This document shows positions 27,861 to 41,316 of a DNA stretch of 64,000 nt, piece by piece. The stretch covers positions 1,970,084-2,034,083 of the forward strand of contig MU056050.1 of the NCBI GenBank assembly GCA_013239625.1. The letters are read 5' to 3'. Below the pieces are notes generated by a model. That model was not told the DNA's origin, ran no database searches, and saw only the letters and a program-made list of their open reading frames with translations. The position numbers and the translations under genes are program-made. This stretch comes from Lama guanicoe. Taxonomy: Eukaryota. Each line of letters opens with the position of its first letter. Within the stretch, counting starts at the first letter, position 1.

Positions 27861-30800
27861 AGATTATAATTCCCTTCCCATTGACATGAAATTTATAGGT
27901 TATGTTATATATCCAAGGTTTTAGTGAAGAAGTAAACAGTGGTAATTTGAGGCAGGGGAGAGCAGTACTATCTACATTTCATTAACACTTTGGCTTGGTT
28001 CCAGATAATCTGGCAAATTTCTAACCCTGCTCCGGAAGTATACTATGAAAAGATACCAGATTGGAATTCTGGGGTTTTGAGAAAGCCAGATATTTCCTGA
28101 TTTAAACTTTGACAACAGAGAAGGTTTGAAAAATAAACAGCCCCAAACTACATATTTTTATCCAAAGGAGTCTGTCCTCTAAATTATAGGGGACTGTGCT
28201 TTTTTAGTACATGTAGGAAACCACAAAAATGAGAAAATAGCCAATTTTTTTCACTTGAAAAAAGAATTATTTGCTTCAGAGTTCCTTTAAGTGGCACCTG
28301 TCCTGGATTTAAAATAGGATTCAATTTACCCAACTTCATTTTCCACAAAAAGTTTTGATGCATGCCCATTGCATAAACCAAGATTTGCCGTATTATAAGG
28401 TATATTATAAGCAAATTGCTGATGTCCATTTCCACTTTGTTGGCATTTGCCACCCAGCCTCTTATCATGCTGTGGCCAGCTACAGACATAGTCAGCCAAT
28501 TTTCACGTTCTTAAGAAATAGGAAATGTTAGACTGACTCAGACCTTTCATTCTTCTCAACTGCCATTCGATCCTGAATGGTAACACAAGGACTGCTTTCC
28601 ACCAAGTACCTTGTGGAATATATCTAACCACTTATCTAACAGAATTCTAAAAAGAAGATGGAAGAATGGGTAAGTTTTGAACATGAGGAGGCAAGAAGAG
28701 AAAGGTTATTCTCCTTTTCTTCCACCAGACCCACCCTCTACTCTTGTCCACTGTGCTCTGCACTTCAAGGAGCCTTGTCCTAAGTGTAACATATGGCCAG
28801 GGCTCTCTAAGAGTTTGCCAAATCTAACCACTCAGAGAAAAGGGCATTTGGTCTCTTCTTAAAAAGTCCATCCATGAAATCAGATGGATTTCTCCTTTGT
28901 ATTCCTCCTGACTCATGAACTATAACATTAAACAGAGCACCATCGGATCTAGCTTTTTGTTAATCCATGTATATGTAATAATATTTTGACAAATATTATT
29001 TGGCATCAATGATATTTGAGGCATTGTTCTGGGTACTGGGATTATAGCAATAAACAAAATAGACCAAAAAAAAAAATCCCTGTGCTCATAAAGCTAACAA
29101 TCCTAAACAAGCTAAATCAGTAAAATATCTAGTTAGAGTTAAATACAGAGTTACATTGTATTCCAATACAAAAGAAATTGGTTCCCTCAAGCTTCATTCT
29201 GGTTAGGACAATAAAGTGTTTATAACTTACAAAAGTTGATTAGTTTGGAAATGTAAGCATTCCATTCATTCATGTACTTATTAATCATACTGCTTAATTC
29301 CAAAAACATTTTTGAAGTATTCTACAATAAAATACTTAGAAATTTATTGTTTTAATTTATTACCCATAAATCTAACTAAAGCAAAAGTAATGTGCTGGAG
29401 AAGTCTGTTTCAATAGTCATGACAACTCTGGTTTTCTGTTTAGGTAATTTGTCTGCAATTATTGGAAACATCCACAAGCTGGCGGTAATGATCCCTTCGT
29501 TTATAACCATATCATCAGGGCAGGCTGGTATTATAGGTATGATTTCCCTGGAATGAAAGTACAGTATATTTCTGCAACCACAAAATTCTGTTTCTCTTGT
29601 GGCAGAATTCATGATTAAAGAGCTTAGGATGTTTTCATTAAACTTCTAAGACTGTTGAGATCTTGAGGAAGCCCATGAAAGCCTTCATTTATTAATTCAT
29701 TCAGCACACCTTTATTGAGAAGCTTCTGGGGACTAAGCACCATGAAAAGCATTTTAAAATAAACTTTATGTTCACAAAATACACAATAAAGGAAGCAGCG
29801 TAAATAAAAGAGAGAAGCAATGACAATTTTCACATTATTCAAACTTGTTAATAATGGGAACTACGCAATTACTTTCCATTTACCATCCCTTGTTTGACAG
29901 ATGCTTCTCAAGGTCTCTTTCCTCTAAGGTTTGTATGAAATGTTCCTAATTTTGGTTTGCATTCAACATGGAAATAATAATAGTACTTAACCTCAAAGAA
30001 CTGCTGTAAGTATTCAACGATTCAGGTAAATCATTTAGCAGAGTACCTGGCATGGGGTAAGAAATATATGTTAGTTATCATCATCATTGTCATCATCCTC
30101 ATGATCATTAGCTTCACTATTGTCATTGTCATCAGCATTAGCATCAGGATAAAACACCAAATGAATCTGTATATACCAGAAATTTGAGTAAAGGCAATTC
30201 AGAATTGGGGAGGAGTCACTGCTTTCCCTTTATTAGTGAAATGTGACAATGTTCTAAACTCTTAAAGGGGAGGGGATATTTGTTTTGTTTTGCTTTGTTT
30301 TGTTCTGAATTTAAAGGCATTGCCGTGCAAGGACTTTCTCAGTGTGGTGCCTCTGGATATAGAATGATCTTCCCCGTAGGGAACTCAATTTGAGTTTAGA
30401 TAACAGGGTAGGTAAGACTGTAAGACCACTCTTCGACTGGCCTCCTGCCAAGATACAGTGATTTTAAGTGATTTTTCTCTCCCTTTGTAACATGGAACTT
30501 CTCTTGAGACTGGGGCAACGCACTGAGGGAGGCCTGGAGAAGCAGCTGAGGAACTGTTTGTGGCCTCCCTAGAGGAAGGTCCTTCATTTCCCTTGGGCCT
30601 ATGGCACCCTTAGTGAATGAGTTTTCTCCCGGGGCCCAGAGTCAAGAGGCCAGGGAATTGAGGAAGGAGGCGCTCCACACTGCCCATTCTCCTCCACCAG
30701 AGCAGGCTCTGCCCTCCAGGCAGGCTTCCGAACTGTGACAGGTGCGGGCATACAAGGGGCCCTTGCTAGAAAGGCCCCTGTGCTTGCCGTGATGCTCTGC

Positions 30801-31121
30801 TCTCTTTGTCTTGAAATTCTTAACAATGTTTGAAAAAGAGCCCAGCATTTTCCTTTTGCATTGGACCCCACAAATTACACAGCCAGTCTCTGCCCTGGAG
30901 AGTTTCTAAATACTGAGTGCGCTTTGCTCTTAATCTCCCTCCTTCCTGCTGCCACTTCGTAGAGTCCATCTCACTCCCCACCCTTGAGTCCCACAAGCGA
31001 CGGTGTCTCAGTAGAAACTAGCTTTTTGCCTAACCCTGCACTCTGAGATCACTTCAGAGATATTTTCATAACTGCTGCTTCCTCTCCTTTAACGTTCTGT
31101 CTAAACTAAAAATAAGAGAGA

Positions 31122-31122
<1 letters not shown>

Positions 31123-31154
<32 letters not shown>
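31123..31154 (+). repeat. (TAA)10 microsatellite
   Basis: Read directly. Confidence 0.95.
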
Positions 31155-31554
31155 TTCCTTGAAGCACTGATGACTAGTAACAAGCACTGTAGGTACCTTG
31201 CAGTGTATTAAGACAAATGAGACAGCCAAGGAAGTCAGAACGCCTTGGATTCTGTGTCAGATTTGGGGAAGTGACAAACATTCTATCCTGCCCCAGTTTT
31301 TTCACCAGTGAGCTATTACTATAGAATGTCTAGAAAAGTAAAAGCAGTTAGAAATACTCTCAGAAAGTTCACATTTCCTTATTTCTATAACTTGAGATAA
31401 TCAGCTTTACCAACCTGCATGCTACAATATTATGTGGACACCTCTCTCTCTTAGCTTGTAAGGAGAGGTAGACAAGATGTATTCCCAATTCACAGATTAA
31501 AAACATTGAAACTCACAAAGTGTGATTTGGGCAGAAATGCAATTAGAATCCAGG

Positions 31555-31592
31555 TTTTCAGATACGTGGTTATTGGACCACGTATCTGAAAA
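31555..31592. repeat. Perfect inverted repeat, 16-bp arms with 6-nt loop
   Basis: TTTTCAGATACGTGGT-tattgg-ACCACGTATCTGAAAA. Confidence 0.95.
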
Positions 31593-31642
31593 GGTATGCG
31601 TAAACCTGGTTTTTATAAAACTCCTATTCTCAATACATAGGA

Positions 31643-31856
31643 GTATGGTTTCTCAACATTGACACTATTGACTTTTGTGACTGGATAATAGTTTGTTGTC
31701 AAGGGCTGTCCTGTACATTACAGGTGGTTGAGCAGCATCCCTGGCCTTTACTCACTAAACGCCATAGCACCTCCTGCTGGGTATGACAATTAAAAGTCTC
31801 CAGACATTTCCACCTGTCCCCTGGGGGGCAAAACCACATCCAACTGATAACCACTG
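31643..31856 (+). mobile_element. MER20 hAT-Charlie element
   Basis: ggtttctcaac...gggctgtcctgtacatt...agcagcatccctggcct...ctccagacatt...tgtcccctggggggcaaaa...aaccactg. Confidence 0.85.
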
Positions 31857-32431
31857 CGCAAGAACAGTTCATTATTTAAAGGAAATTTTTGGTGAATCCT
31901 TTAGTAAACCACTGAACTCTCTCTAAATTTGTATATCCACATACTGGATTTTCTTAAAAGTAGGAGACATCTTATTTTCAAAGGAGAAAAGCAATGATTT
32001 TGGTTGTGTGGCTTATCATCTAGAAAAACATGAAATGGTTCATATGCTTTCTTTTCCCGCAAAATAGTATGATGTTCATGGAAGTGATTTCATAAAGATT
32101 CCATAGAATATGCTCACAGCACACAGATTAAACAGATTCAATTTTAGGAAACCCAGAAATTCCTCTTTAAGAATTAGCTACAAACAAGCACCCTAAAATT
32201 CCACTGTTTCAAGTTATCTCTTCATTCCTCTAAGTATGCTGAATTTGTTTTTAAAGCAGGAAACCCAGAATTTCCTATATCTAAAGGAGTATTAAAAATA
32301 CCTCAAGGTGTCTAGAGTCAAATCCCCAGTTGACAGATTAGGAAACAGAAATTAAGACGGGGAAGTGGCAAGCAAAGAGTAAGTCTCATCTGGCCCTTAG
32401 AGCAACCCCGTAAGCCACACATTGCCTCAGC

Positions 32432-32563
32432 GAGATGGATCATAGAGTTTATCATCCAAACTGGGATATTTTCGAGAGTGAAAGGGCACATTAGTAATAA
32501 CTGTGCCAGGACAATGGCATAAACTGAATTTTCCTGGACAAACCAGGATGCATGGTCACCCTA
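32432..32563 (+). mobile_element. MER94-like hAT-Blackjack element
   Basis: tttatcatccaaactggga...gagagtgaaaggg...atggtcacccta. Confidence 0.75.
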
Positions 32564-32604
32564 GACTTAGATCACTCGTACAAATACACCATGGCCAGAT
32601 GCGT

Positions 32605-33080
32605 GTTGTATTAGTCCCCAAATCTTAGTGACTTAAAAAAAAACAACAATCATTTATCATTTATCACTCATCTGTAGGTTGTCTGTGACCCAGCTGATAT
32701 AGTGTGAGCTCAGCTGGGCAGCCCTTTTACAGATTGTAGTAGATGAGACGGTTCTGTTTCTTACTTCCGTTCTGTGAGTCACCTGAGGCAGTTCCACTCC
32801 ACATGTCTTTCATCCTTCTTGGACCAGCAAACTCGCTGGTACATGTTCTTCTCCTGGCACTGACAGAGGCGAAGATGACAAACAGAACTGCATGAGTTTA
32901 AGACATAGGCTAGAAAAGGTATATTCTCACTCCTTACCCATGTGCCATTAGCCAAAGCAAGTCATGTGGCCAAATCCAAAGTCAAAGGGTAGAGAACTAA
33001 ATTGCCCACAATAAGGCCATAAGAAAGGCAGGGATGCAGGAAGGAGGGACTCATTGGACCACTCATTCAATCTAATACAT
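32605..33080 (-). mobile_element. MaLR (MLT1-like) LTR remnant
   Basis: ccccaaatcttagtgacttaaaa and ccattagccaaagcaagtcatgtggccaaatccaaagtcaa. Confidence 0.65.
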
Positions 33081-36009
33081 GCTTCACCCATCCCAACCTC
33101 ATTACCACCACCCACACACAGACATACACCTTAAAAAGGAGGGGGAAAAGCCTATTTGCCTTCATATGAAATGGCATAATGCTGACTCAGTTCCTGACAC
33201 AAAGTTATGTGAGTTTCAGAATCTGGAGTCAGTTTCTAATTTTCATAACTACTCCAAAAAATGGAAACTTTTCCAGTTGAATATAGTAGCATAACTCTTC
33301 AACCAATTGGCACCCAAAATTCCTCAATAAACTTCTCAAATCTGCTCAAATAAGCTACCCTTTCCCAGCTAGGACTGGGATGCAGAGACAGTTTTAGGTT
33401 AGGGGTTAATTTCCCCTGACTTGCCTGTGCTATTTCACAGTGACAGTTTCTAACCTTCCCAGAGGGGTAAAAAAAAAAGTATACATTAATAAAAATGTCA
33501 ACAATATCATATTTTGGAGGTAACCTGGAATAATTCACAATAAATTAACACTTCCCATCAGAGAGACATTGCAGCTTACAGGAATGTCACTTTGTGAGAA
33601 GTGAGAGTCCTAAAGCCATGTGATTTCCGTCTATAGGTTTCAAGTCCATTCAGAGCCCACTAGGGGATAATTACTTGCTAAGATGTACCCATCCCAGCAG
33701 AATATATTTGTTATGATTCAATTCCCTCTCAGCATGAAGGGAATTCTGGTCTGGTGGATAAAGCCCTAGAGGGCTAAGAAACTCTATCCCCTTCCACTTG
33801 ACTGTGTGACCTTGGGCTGTTCATTAAACATCCCCAGATTCATAGTCTATGGAGTAACACCCTAGACCTCTGCTTACCCTGAGATGGATATGGGGATGAG
33901 TCACTAGATCCCTATGTGAAAAGATCTGGAAGACTATTTGCCTCTACCCCTAGGAAAAGAAATTATTTCTATAATAGTTTCTCACCTTGAACACTCAATA
34001 TAACATGATTCTCTTAAGAGCAGAATTAAATATCAGGCAAGTGCATCATGAACTGAATTTAGGGGACTGAATTACTAAAGTAACAGAAGGATCTCACCAT
34101 TGAGCAATCTACCTCTAGTGGACCAAAGACAAGACCATTTCAACAAGTCACCAGGAGCCTGTAGACATTTCAAGAGCAAAATGATCACCACTCACAATTC
34201 TCAGGAATTGACATTTGGCAAGATAGGGATTTTAGTGGGTTTTGTGGTTGTTTCCCATCTTCCATATCTCCTTCCTCCCACTGTGTGTCAGTCACGTGGT
34301 TTGGTGAGGGGAGTGGGGGACTGACTCTACTCCCTACTCTCAGCTCTATGGTTGGGATATAATCCACCATGTCATGGCAATTGGTTCAGGTAATTCAGGT
34401 CTAAGCATGATATTGTTAGGCCACAGGATTAGATCATGAATGGTCATGTGATTCATTTTGAACCAATGATATAAAAAGATATGATGCAGATGTGAAATCA
34501 AGAAATGCTACAGATATTTTGCCATTGTGGGGGAAGCAGAAAGGAGAGAGGAAAAGAAATTTGGTCTTTGATAAAATTTTTGAACTACTGAATCCAATCA
34601 AATCTCAAGCCATTCCTACCTCTGTCCCTTCCAGTTACATGAGCCGATGCATCTCTCTTACCATTTGTGCCAGTTTTAGTGGGTTGTGTCTTTATCTGAA
34701 GATGAGGATGCTTCATGTTTCAGATAAATGGTCTTGTCTTTGGTCCATTAGAGGTAGACTGCTCAATGATGAGATCCTTCTGTTACTTTAGTAATTCAGT
34801 CTCCTAACTGAAGAGCTCAAGAGCATGCTCACTAGTCCTGAGGGTGATTAAAGGAGGCAATGTGAAAGTGTTTAGTCCAGAGAGGAAAGGTTGGAAGAGG
34901 GCTACTAAAAGTGAAAGATCACTTCCAAGTAATCGTGCCCCAAAACAGCTCCTGGAGATGTCTTCAGGGCAAAAAATAATGAATTCCAAACACCCTCACC
35001 ATCTATAAAAATCAAACCAATCTGAAAACCATTTGAGATAAACAATTGCTTTCATGATCACTGCTCACTTGGTGTGACTATCTCCTGGAAGTTGCTGTGG
35101 ACTCATTTCTGGGCATATTAAACCCAAGTTCATAAGGCTTCTCTTCTGACCCATGCATATACTCCCACCAAAAGCAGATCCAACTAAGCTCATGCCTGGA
35201 ATTTCAGCTCCTTGGGGCTGTGGATTTATTCAGCAACATCAAGGTTGATACCTACATAGAGGATTTCTACAGAGCTTTCTGGAGGAGGTGGTGTAATGGA
35301 GAAGATTGGAAGATAGAGAAATAACATGAAGGACCCAGTCTTTCCTAGATATCACACCCAACCTGAGTCTCCAAATATAGCTGGACTTTATTCTTCCCAA
35401 AGAATCCAAGAATGGAAGTGCAGAAGACAGCCATCAAGAATCAGTAGTACCTAGATTAATTCCTTGATTAGAGTGTGGGCTGATGTTTGGACAGTTTTTC
35501 TGACGCTAAGATAATCCTGCCTCATGGAATCACAGGGCCATAGAACATGAGAGCAGGAAGGGTCCTTAGAAATCACTTTGCTGTATCTTTTTAGTGGCAT
35601 AGGGTTGAATCTGGGATAAGGGAAGTACTTCGTTTCAGACATTTAAACACCTTCCTCTACACTGCCACGGTAGCTGGTGCTCACTGTCTTCACAGCGCTT
35701 ACCATGTTATATTGTCATGGAAAATTAATACCTCCTCTCCTCTCTGAACTTGAAATTCATTGAAAGCAGAAACTGTCTTGCTTCCTTATATCCCTGGTGC
35801 CTAGCAGTCTGTCATACAGCAGGTAGTCAAACATTTATTGAAAAAATCAAAGTTTCGAGTCAAATGGTGAGAAAGTTATCTTTCCACTAGGCAGAGGATC
35901 TAGTATCTTGGTTTCATTAACTTTAACGGGTAGAGCAGTTTCCCTCCAACGAATCCGAATGGTTCCCATTGTTATTTTCTCTCTTTGCAAAGTATCAAGT
36001 TAGCAAGTA

Positions 36010-36644
36010 TGAGGCTCAATGCGGTATGGACCCCATCTCCAAATTCTGCTGGCTGATGTTTCTTTTTGCTTACCCAAGTGCTCCATTCTGAGCCCGAAAC
36101 AAACAGAAACCTCAAAAGAGAAGTACTGTTTTCACTTTGGAATTGTACATTTAAAAAAATTTACTTTTTTTTTGCTACCTCAACATTCCCACGGACAGGC
36201 TGTGGGCACCCTGCCAGGTGACCAGGTGCATCAGTGTGACAAGGCTGGCCCCAGCCGCAAGATCCCCTTCTTGCTTTCCGTTGACTATGACCTCATGCCA
36301 TTCAAATGTACCAGTGAATCCCCCTCATGCCTGTTGCTTGTGTATTCCATCCCCCAGTAAAGGCACTTGCCCCTGGGTCTCTGTCTCTCTCTGTTTCTCT
36401 GTCTCTCTCTCTGTCTCTCTGTCTCTATCTGTCTCTCTTATCTCTCCACTTGCTTGGTTGAGCCCACTCCCTCAGTGCCCTACCCCTCATGTGGCCCCAC
36501 TTTGTGGTATATGTGACTGTTTCTTTAGGACCTGTGAGTATAATAAACTTTGTTTTCCTGTGCCTCTCCTGTGTCCCCTTTTGTGACTGCACCTAATCAT
36601 CTCATGAAAGAATATAAAACAACTTCTTAATAAGAACTGCAACA
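36010..36644 (+). mobile_element. Probable solo ERV LTR with an internal CT-rich microsatellite
   Basis: TG...CA-compatible ends (tgaggc...gcaaca), AATAAA at ~36542, LTR-like composition. No clean TSD found. Confidence 0.45.
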
Positions 36645-39600
36645 AGTTATTTTCTTGCTGCTTCAACTGCACCATAGAGTTCATTGAAAAGTGCCAACCA
36701 TGGGCCCTAAGATCAGCAGATAATCCTGAACGGAGCAGGCATATCTCTTAACCACAGAGAGAGCGCTAGATTTGGGGCTTTGCTGGCAACATCTGGTGGC
36801 TATGATGCTGCTGGTACAATCTCTAGCTCCTCATTGGAAAACCAGTGATGAAGTTCAAAGAGCGTCTCACTGCTTTCTTGGGTGAGGGGTCAATTGTAAA
36901 AGAATTCGCACATATTAAGCAGACTTTTCAACCATCAGCAATATGCTTAGTCCACCACTGTGTCCCTGCTGACTCGGATGGGACAAGTCCAATTCTGCCA
37001 GCAGCTGCCACTGACAGCTAAAAGTTGAAAGAGTGGCATCAGATGAAAGAGAGGAAAAAAGGTACTAGGCAGGGGAGACTGAAAATGGAAGGGATGGGTG
37101 CCATTTACAGCGATGAATTCAATGGAGGATTTTCAAGTGCAGAGGCACTGAAATGTCTTTCTTCTCATTTTCGTTACTGACCCATGCCTTTACTCTTCAA
37201 GCCAAATGACTGAAGATGGCCACAAACCTTTTCATCCACTGCTTATTGTTAGCCAAGCACGGGTGGGGACCCGGATGTCTTCAGGAGTGAAGTGAGGTGT
37301 GCTGAAAGCCACCACCCTCCATCCAAAATATGTTGTCCATTCACCTGAATTCAAAACTGAAACTCCTCATTAGTTATTCCTTTGGGTCAAGGCATTGAAG
37401 ACTCCTATTAAAAGGCAACTATGTTATCTAAAAGAAGGAACATGTAGTGCCTGGCACAGAGGACAGGTTCTGTAAATGTGTCATTCTTAATAGTAAATTG
37501 TCACTGCCTGCCATTAGAACATTAATAAAGATTCATCTACCAGATTCTCTCCTGTCTCCTAGGGCTCTTGAGGAGCTACAATGGGAAGCCTGCCGTGAAA
37601 CACTGGCAAAGATTTGGTAGCAGAGTCTGAGGTTTGGGGGATGATGGAGAAAGGGGAGGCTGACAGCGTGAGGAGCTTTGGGGGAGAAAAGGGCACTTTC
37701 AAAAGGTGAGAGAGAGGGAAGAGAGTTTAGAAATGAATACTTACGGATTCTTCTGTGAGTCAGGCACAGAATTAGATGCATTCACATCCATTATCCTATT
37801 TAATCCACAACCACTTTATCAGGAAAGAAATATTAATATTCCCATTTTGCAGGTGAAAAAACTGGGGTTCAGATTAAGAGTCACTCGAGGTCACATTCTG
37901 CCTCTATATCATGGAATATAGATTTGAACCTAGACCTTTTTCCTAAGCCTATGTTCCTGAACCGTGCTAGCTCACTCTCCACAATTGTCAAGGGGTGGCC
38001 AACCTAGTCTCTGCTACCCCTTTTGCCCTAATGCTCCAACCACTTGCAAATTTGGTCTTCTGTGACTCTCAGGTCTCTCTCTCACTGCTTGCCATGGACT
38101 ATCCCACTGGAGACAAAAGATTTCCATGGCTGGTGGGTAGGAAGACATTTTGCATTATCAGAATGAATAGAAATTTGGGAAGAGCCTAGAACCATTTTTC
38201 TGGTTGCCCAGGGGTCTGGAGAGTTTCTGTGCCAGGCTCCAACCTATGTCATGCCAAATCCAAAGTTCCAGCGTAATTGGTGTACCAATTGGTCCCCAGG
38301 GGCCCCTGCCTTGGTAACCCCCACCCCATGTGTTTGCTGTACACTGGCAGGAAGCTTTATTTTCCACTTAGACCAGGAAGAGAGGATATGAAAAAAGAAC
38401 AGCTGGTGTGGGGAGGGATAAAATCCATCTCTTCCGGAGTAGCTGGGATAGGCATGAAAGACTTGGGAGATAAAGAGGCTTCTTTTTTCTCACCACTGGA
38501 GAAAGGGGCTGGGGGAGGCATCTACAGCCACAAAGTTTCCTCCACAGCATGTTGTGGAGGGGACCATCGCCCCTCAACTGAGATCCAGGCTGCACTGCCT
38601 ACTTCGAAGGTTCTTTCCTCCCCTTAGACAAGAGAGTGAAAGAGGAGTGGGGCAGAATTGATGGCCTCTTGGGGTCATTAGTCAGGGACCTAGGCTGCTA
38701 TGTCCAAAGGCAACAGCAAGGGAGCAAGGCGGCTAGGGACAGTTTCCTCCAATCTTAACTTTCAGCCCCCACCCTAACCCCAGATCATTTCTACACCTCT
38801 CTCCTCCTTCGTTGTTGGGACTGAGCGTCCTTTTCATTAACCTTTTAGTTACCACCTCCACGCACATACTTTTCTACGCCCTCCAATGCAATCAGCCCCA
38901 CGCTGCACATCACTGCCCTCTCGCCCTTCCCCCATGAGTCCGGCTCTGCGCCTGGGTCAGGGTAGGTCCTCGCCTCTCAGAGCTGTGGGGGTGGGGGGTT
39001 CTTCACTGACCCTCGGATCTCCGCTGTAAAAACTGAGCGGCACGGCCCGGGCATGCGCAGCATCTTCGGGCGCATTGTGATGGGAACTGCTTCTTCGAGT
39101 CTCTACAAAGACTCCGGAGTAACCACTAACCGCCCCTCTCAAGACCCTCTTCTTTAAGACAGAGACACAAACGCACAGACAATGCCGCTTTTCGTTCTCT
39201 TTTTCTTTAAAAAGCTGGTTGCAGCTTGAAAGGCTGGCTCACGTGGGGACAAGTGTATTTCTATTGATCCCATCTCCCGTGTTGACAAACGCCAGCGCCG
39301 AGGCTTTGCAGTCCGCGGCTGCAGTTTGCAGTGGAGCTAAGCGGTGTGCGGCTTTAATTCCACGTCAGATCAACTTTGATCAATATCCCCCTACCGGCCC
39401 AATTGGAAGAGCCCAATCCACCGCCGCTGAGCCTTTCGCTCTTTCCTTCTTTTTTCCCCTCTTTAGACCCACCATCTTCTGGGGGAGAAAAGTCTCGGAT
39501 TTTCTTTTTAATTTCTTACTTTCTCTCTCTCTCTCTCATTCTTTTTGGGGGATTTTTGTTTGTTTTTTGTTTTGTTTTGTTTTTCGGTGTTTTGTCCTTT

Positions 39601-39759
39601 TTTGTTTCTTTTTGGTTTTTATTCCCTCTCTCTCTCTCTCTCTCTTTCTCCCAGTGATAGGGGGAGAGATTGATTTGGTGAACCGAGCTTGCAACGAATG
39701 AACCCGCCTTCCAGATTGGTGTGAAGACAGAAGTGAGGTGGGGGGCGGGGAGGGGGTGT

Positions 39760-39797
39760 GAGAGAGCCTGGGAGCGAGAGGGAGCAAGAGAGAGAGC

Positions 39798-39832
<35 letters not shown>

Positions 39833-39890
39833 CGAGCGTGAGAGAGCGAGAGAGAGCAAGAGAGAGAGAGGAGGTGGTGGAGGAGGAGGA
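39760..39890 (+). repeat. Polypurine GA-rich tract with an (AG)15 core at 39799-39828
   Basis: Read directly. Confidence 0.95.
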
Positions 39891-39947
39891 CTAGTGTGGG
39901 GTGGAAAGGAAGAGTGAGCGAGAGCAAGTTGAGGGGAGGGGGTGTAA

Positions 39948-40295
<348 letters not shown>

Positions 40296-40962
40296 TGAGA
40301 ACAAGAGAGGGGTCTCATGGGGCTGGGGGCGGGTGGACTGCCCGGTTTTCCGAGCTGAGCGGAGCAGGGGAGGCACGCAGGGGGCTGGGAGCCTGCATCC
40401 CGGCGAAGAGTCGCGGCTTTTCGGCTCGCTGCTCTGGACTTTGCCATGGCGTGCGTGCCACTGCTGGAAGTTGTCCCAGGGTGATGCCGCCTGTCTGGCC
40501 GCGCCAGGGCGCGTAACCTGGCCCGGGGCGCCCCATCCCGCGTCTCCGGGTCCCCGGAGACGAGCTAGTGCTGGGGGAGATGGGAGCCCACTCAGGATCC
40601 CCCAGACCCGGGCGGCAGCCGAGGTCGGTGGCGGAGGGGGTAGGAGGCGGGGGTGAGACTAGGAGCTGAGCCAGCGAGCGGCGAAGTCACGCAGACCACG
40701 AATTCATGAATTGCCGCTGTGTCTGTCTGGAGCCCGACTCCTGGGCGCTGGGACGGAGTTCTCTCGGCTTCTGCCTATATTTACAAGTCGAGAAGTTAGA
40801 ATTGTTGCCGTTACAAAACGCAGCCCCTGTATTGTCATGGGCGGTGGGGGAGGCTATGGAGAACAGGATGGGGCAGCGCGGGGAATGAAACTGTTTTCCT
40901 TCGCAACCTTCTCTCCTCTTTCGCCTTCCCCCTTCTCTCCAGACTCTCCTCTTCCTCTTTAG

Positions 40963-41316
<354 letters not shown>

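Noticed and set aside
39219..39927. ORFs of 83-160 aa upstream of exon 1
   Set aside because: Low-complexity translations of T-rich and CT/GA repeats.
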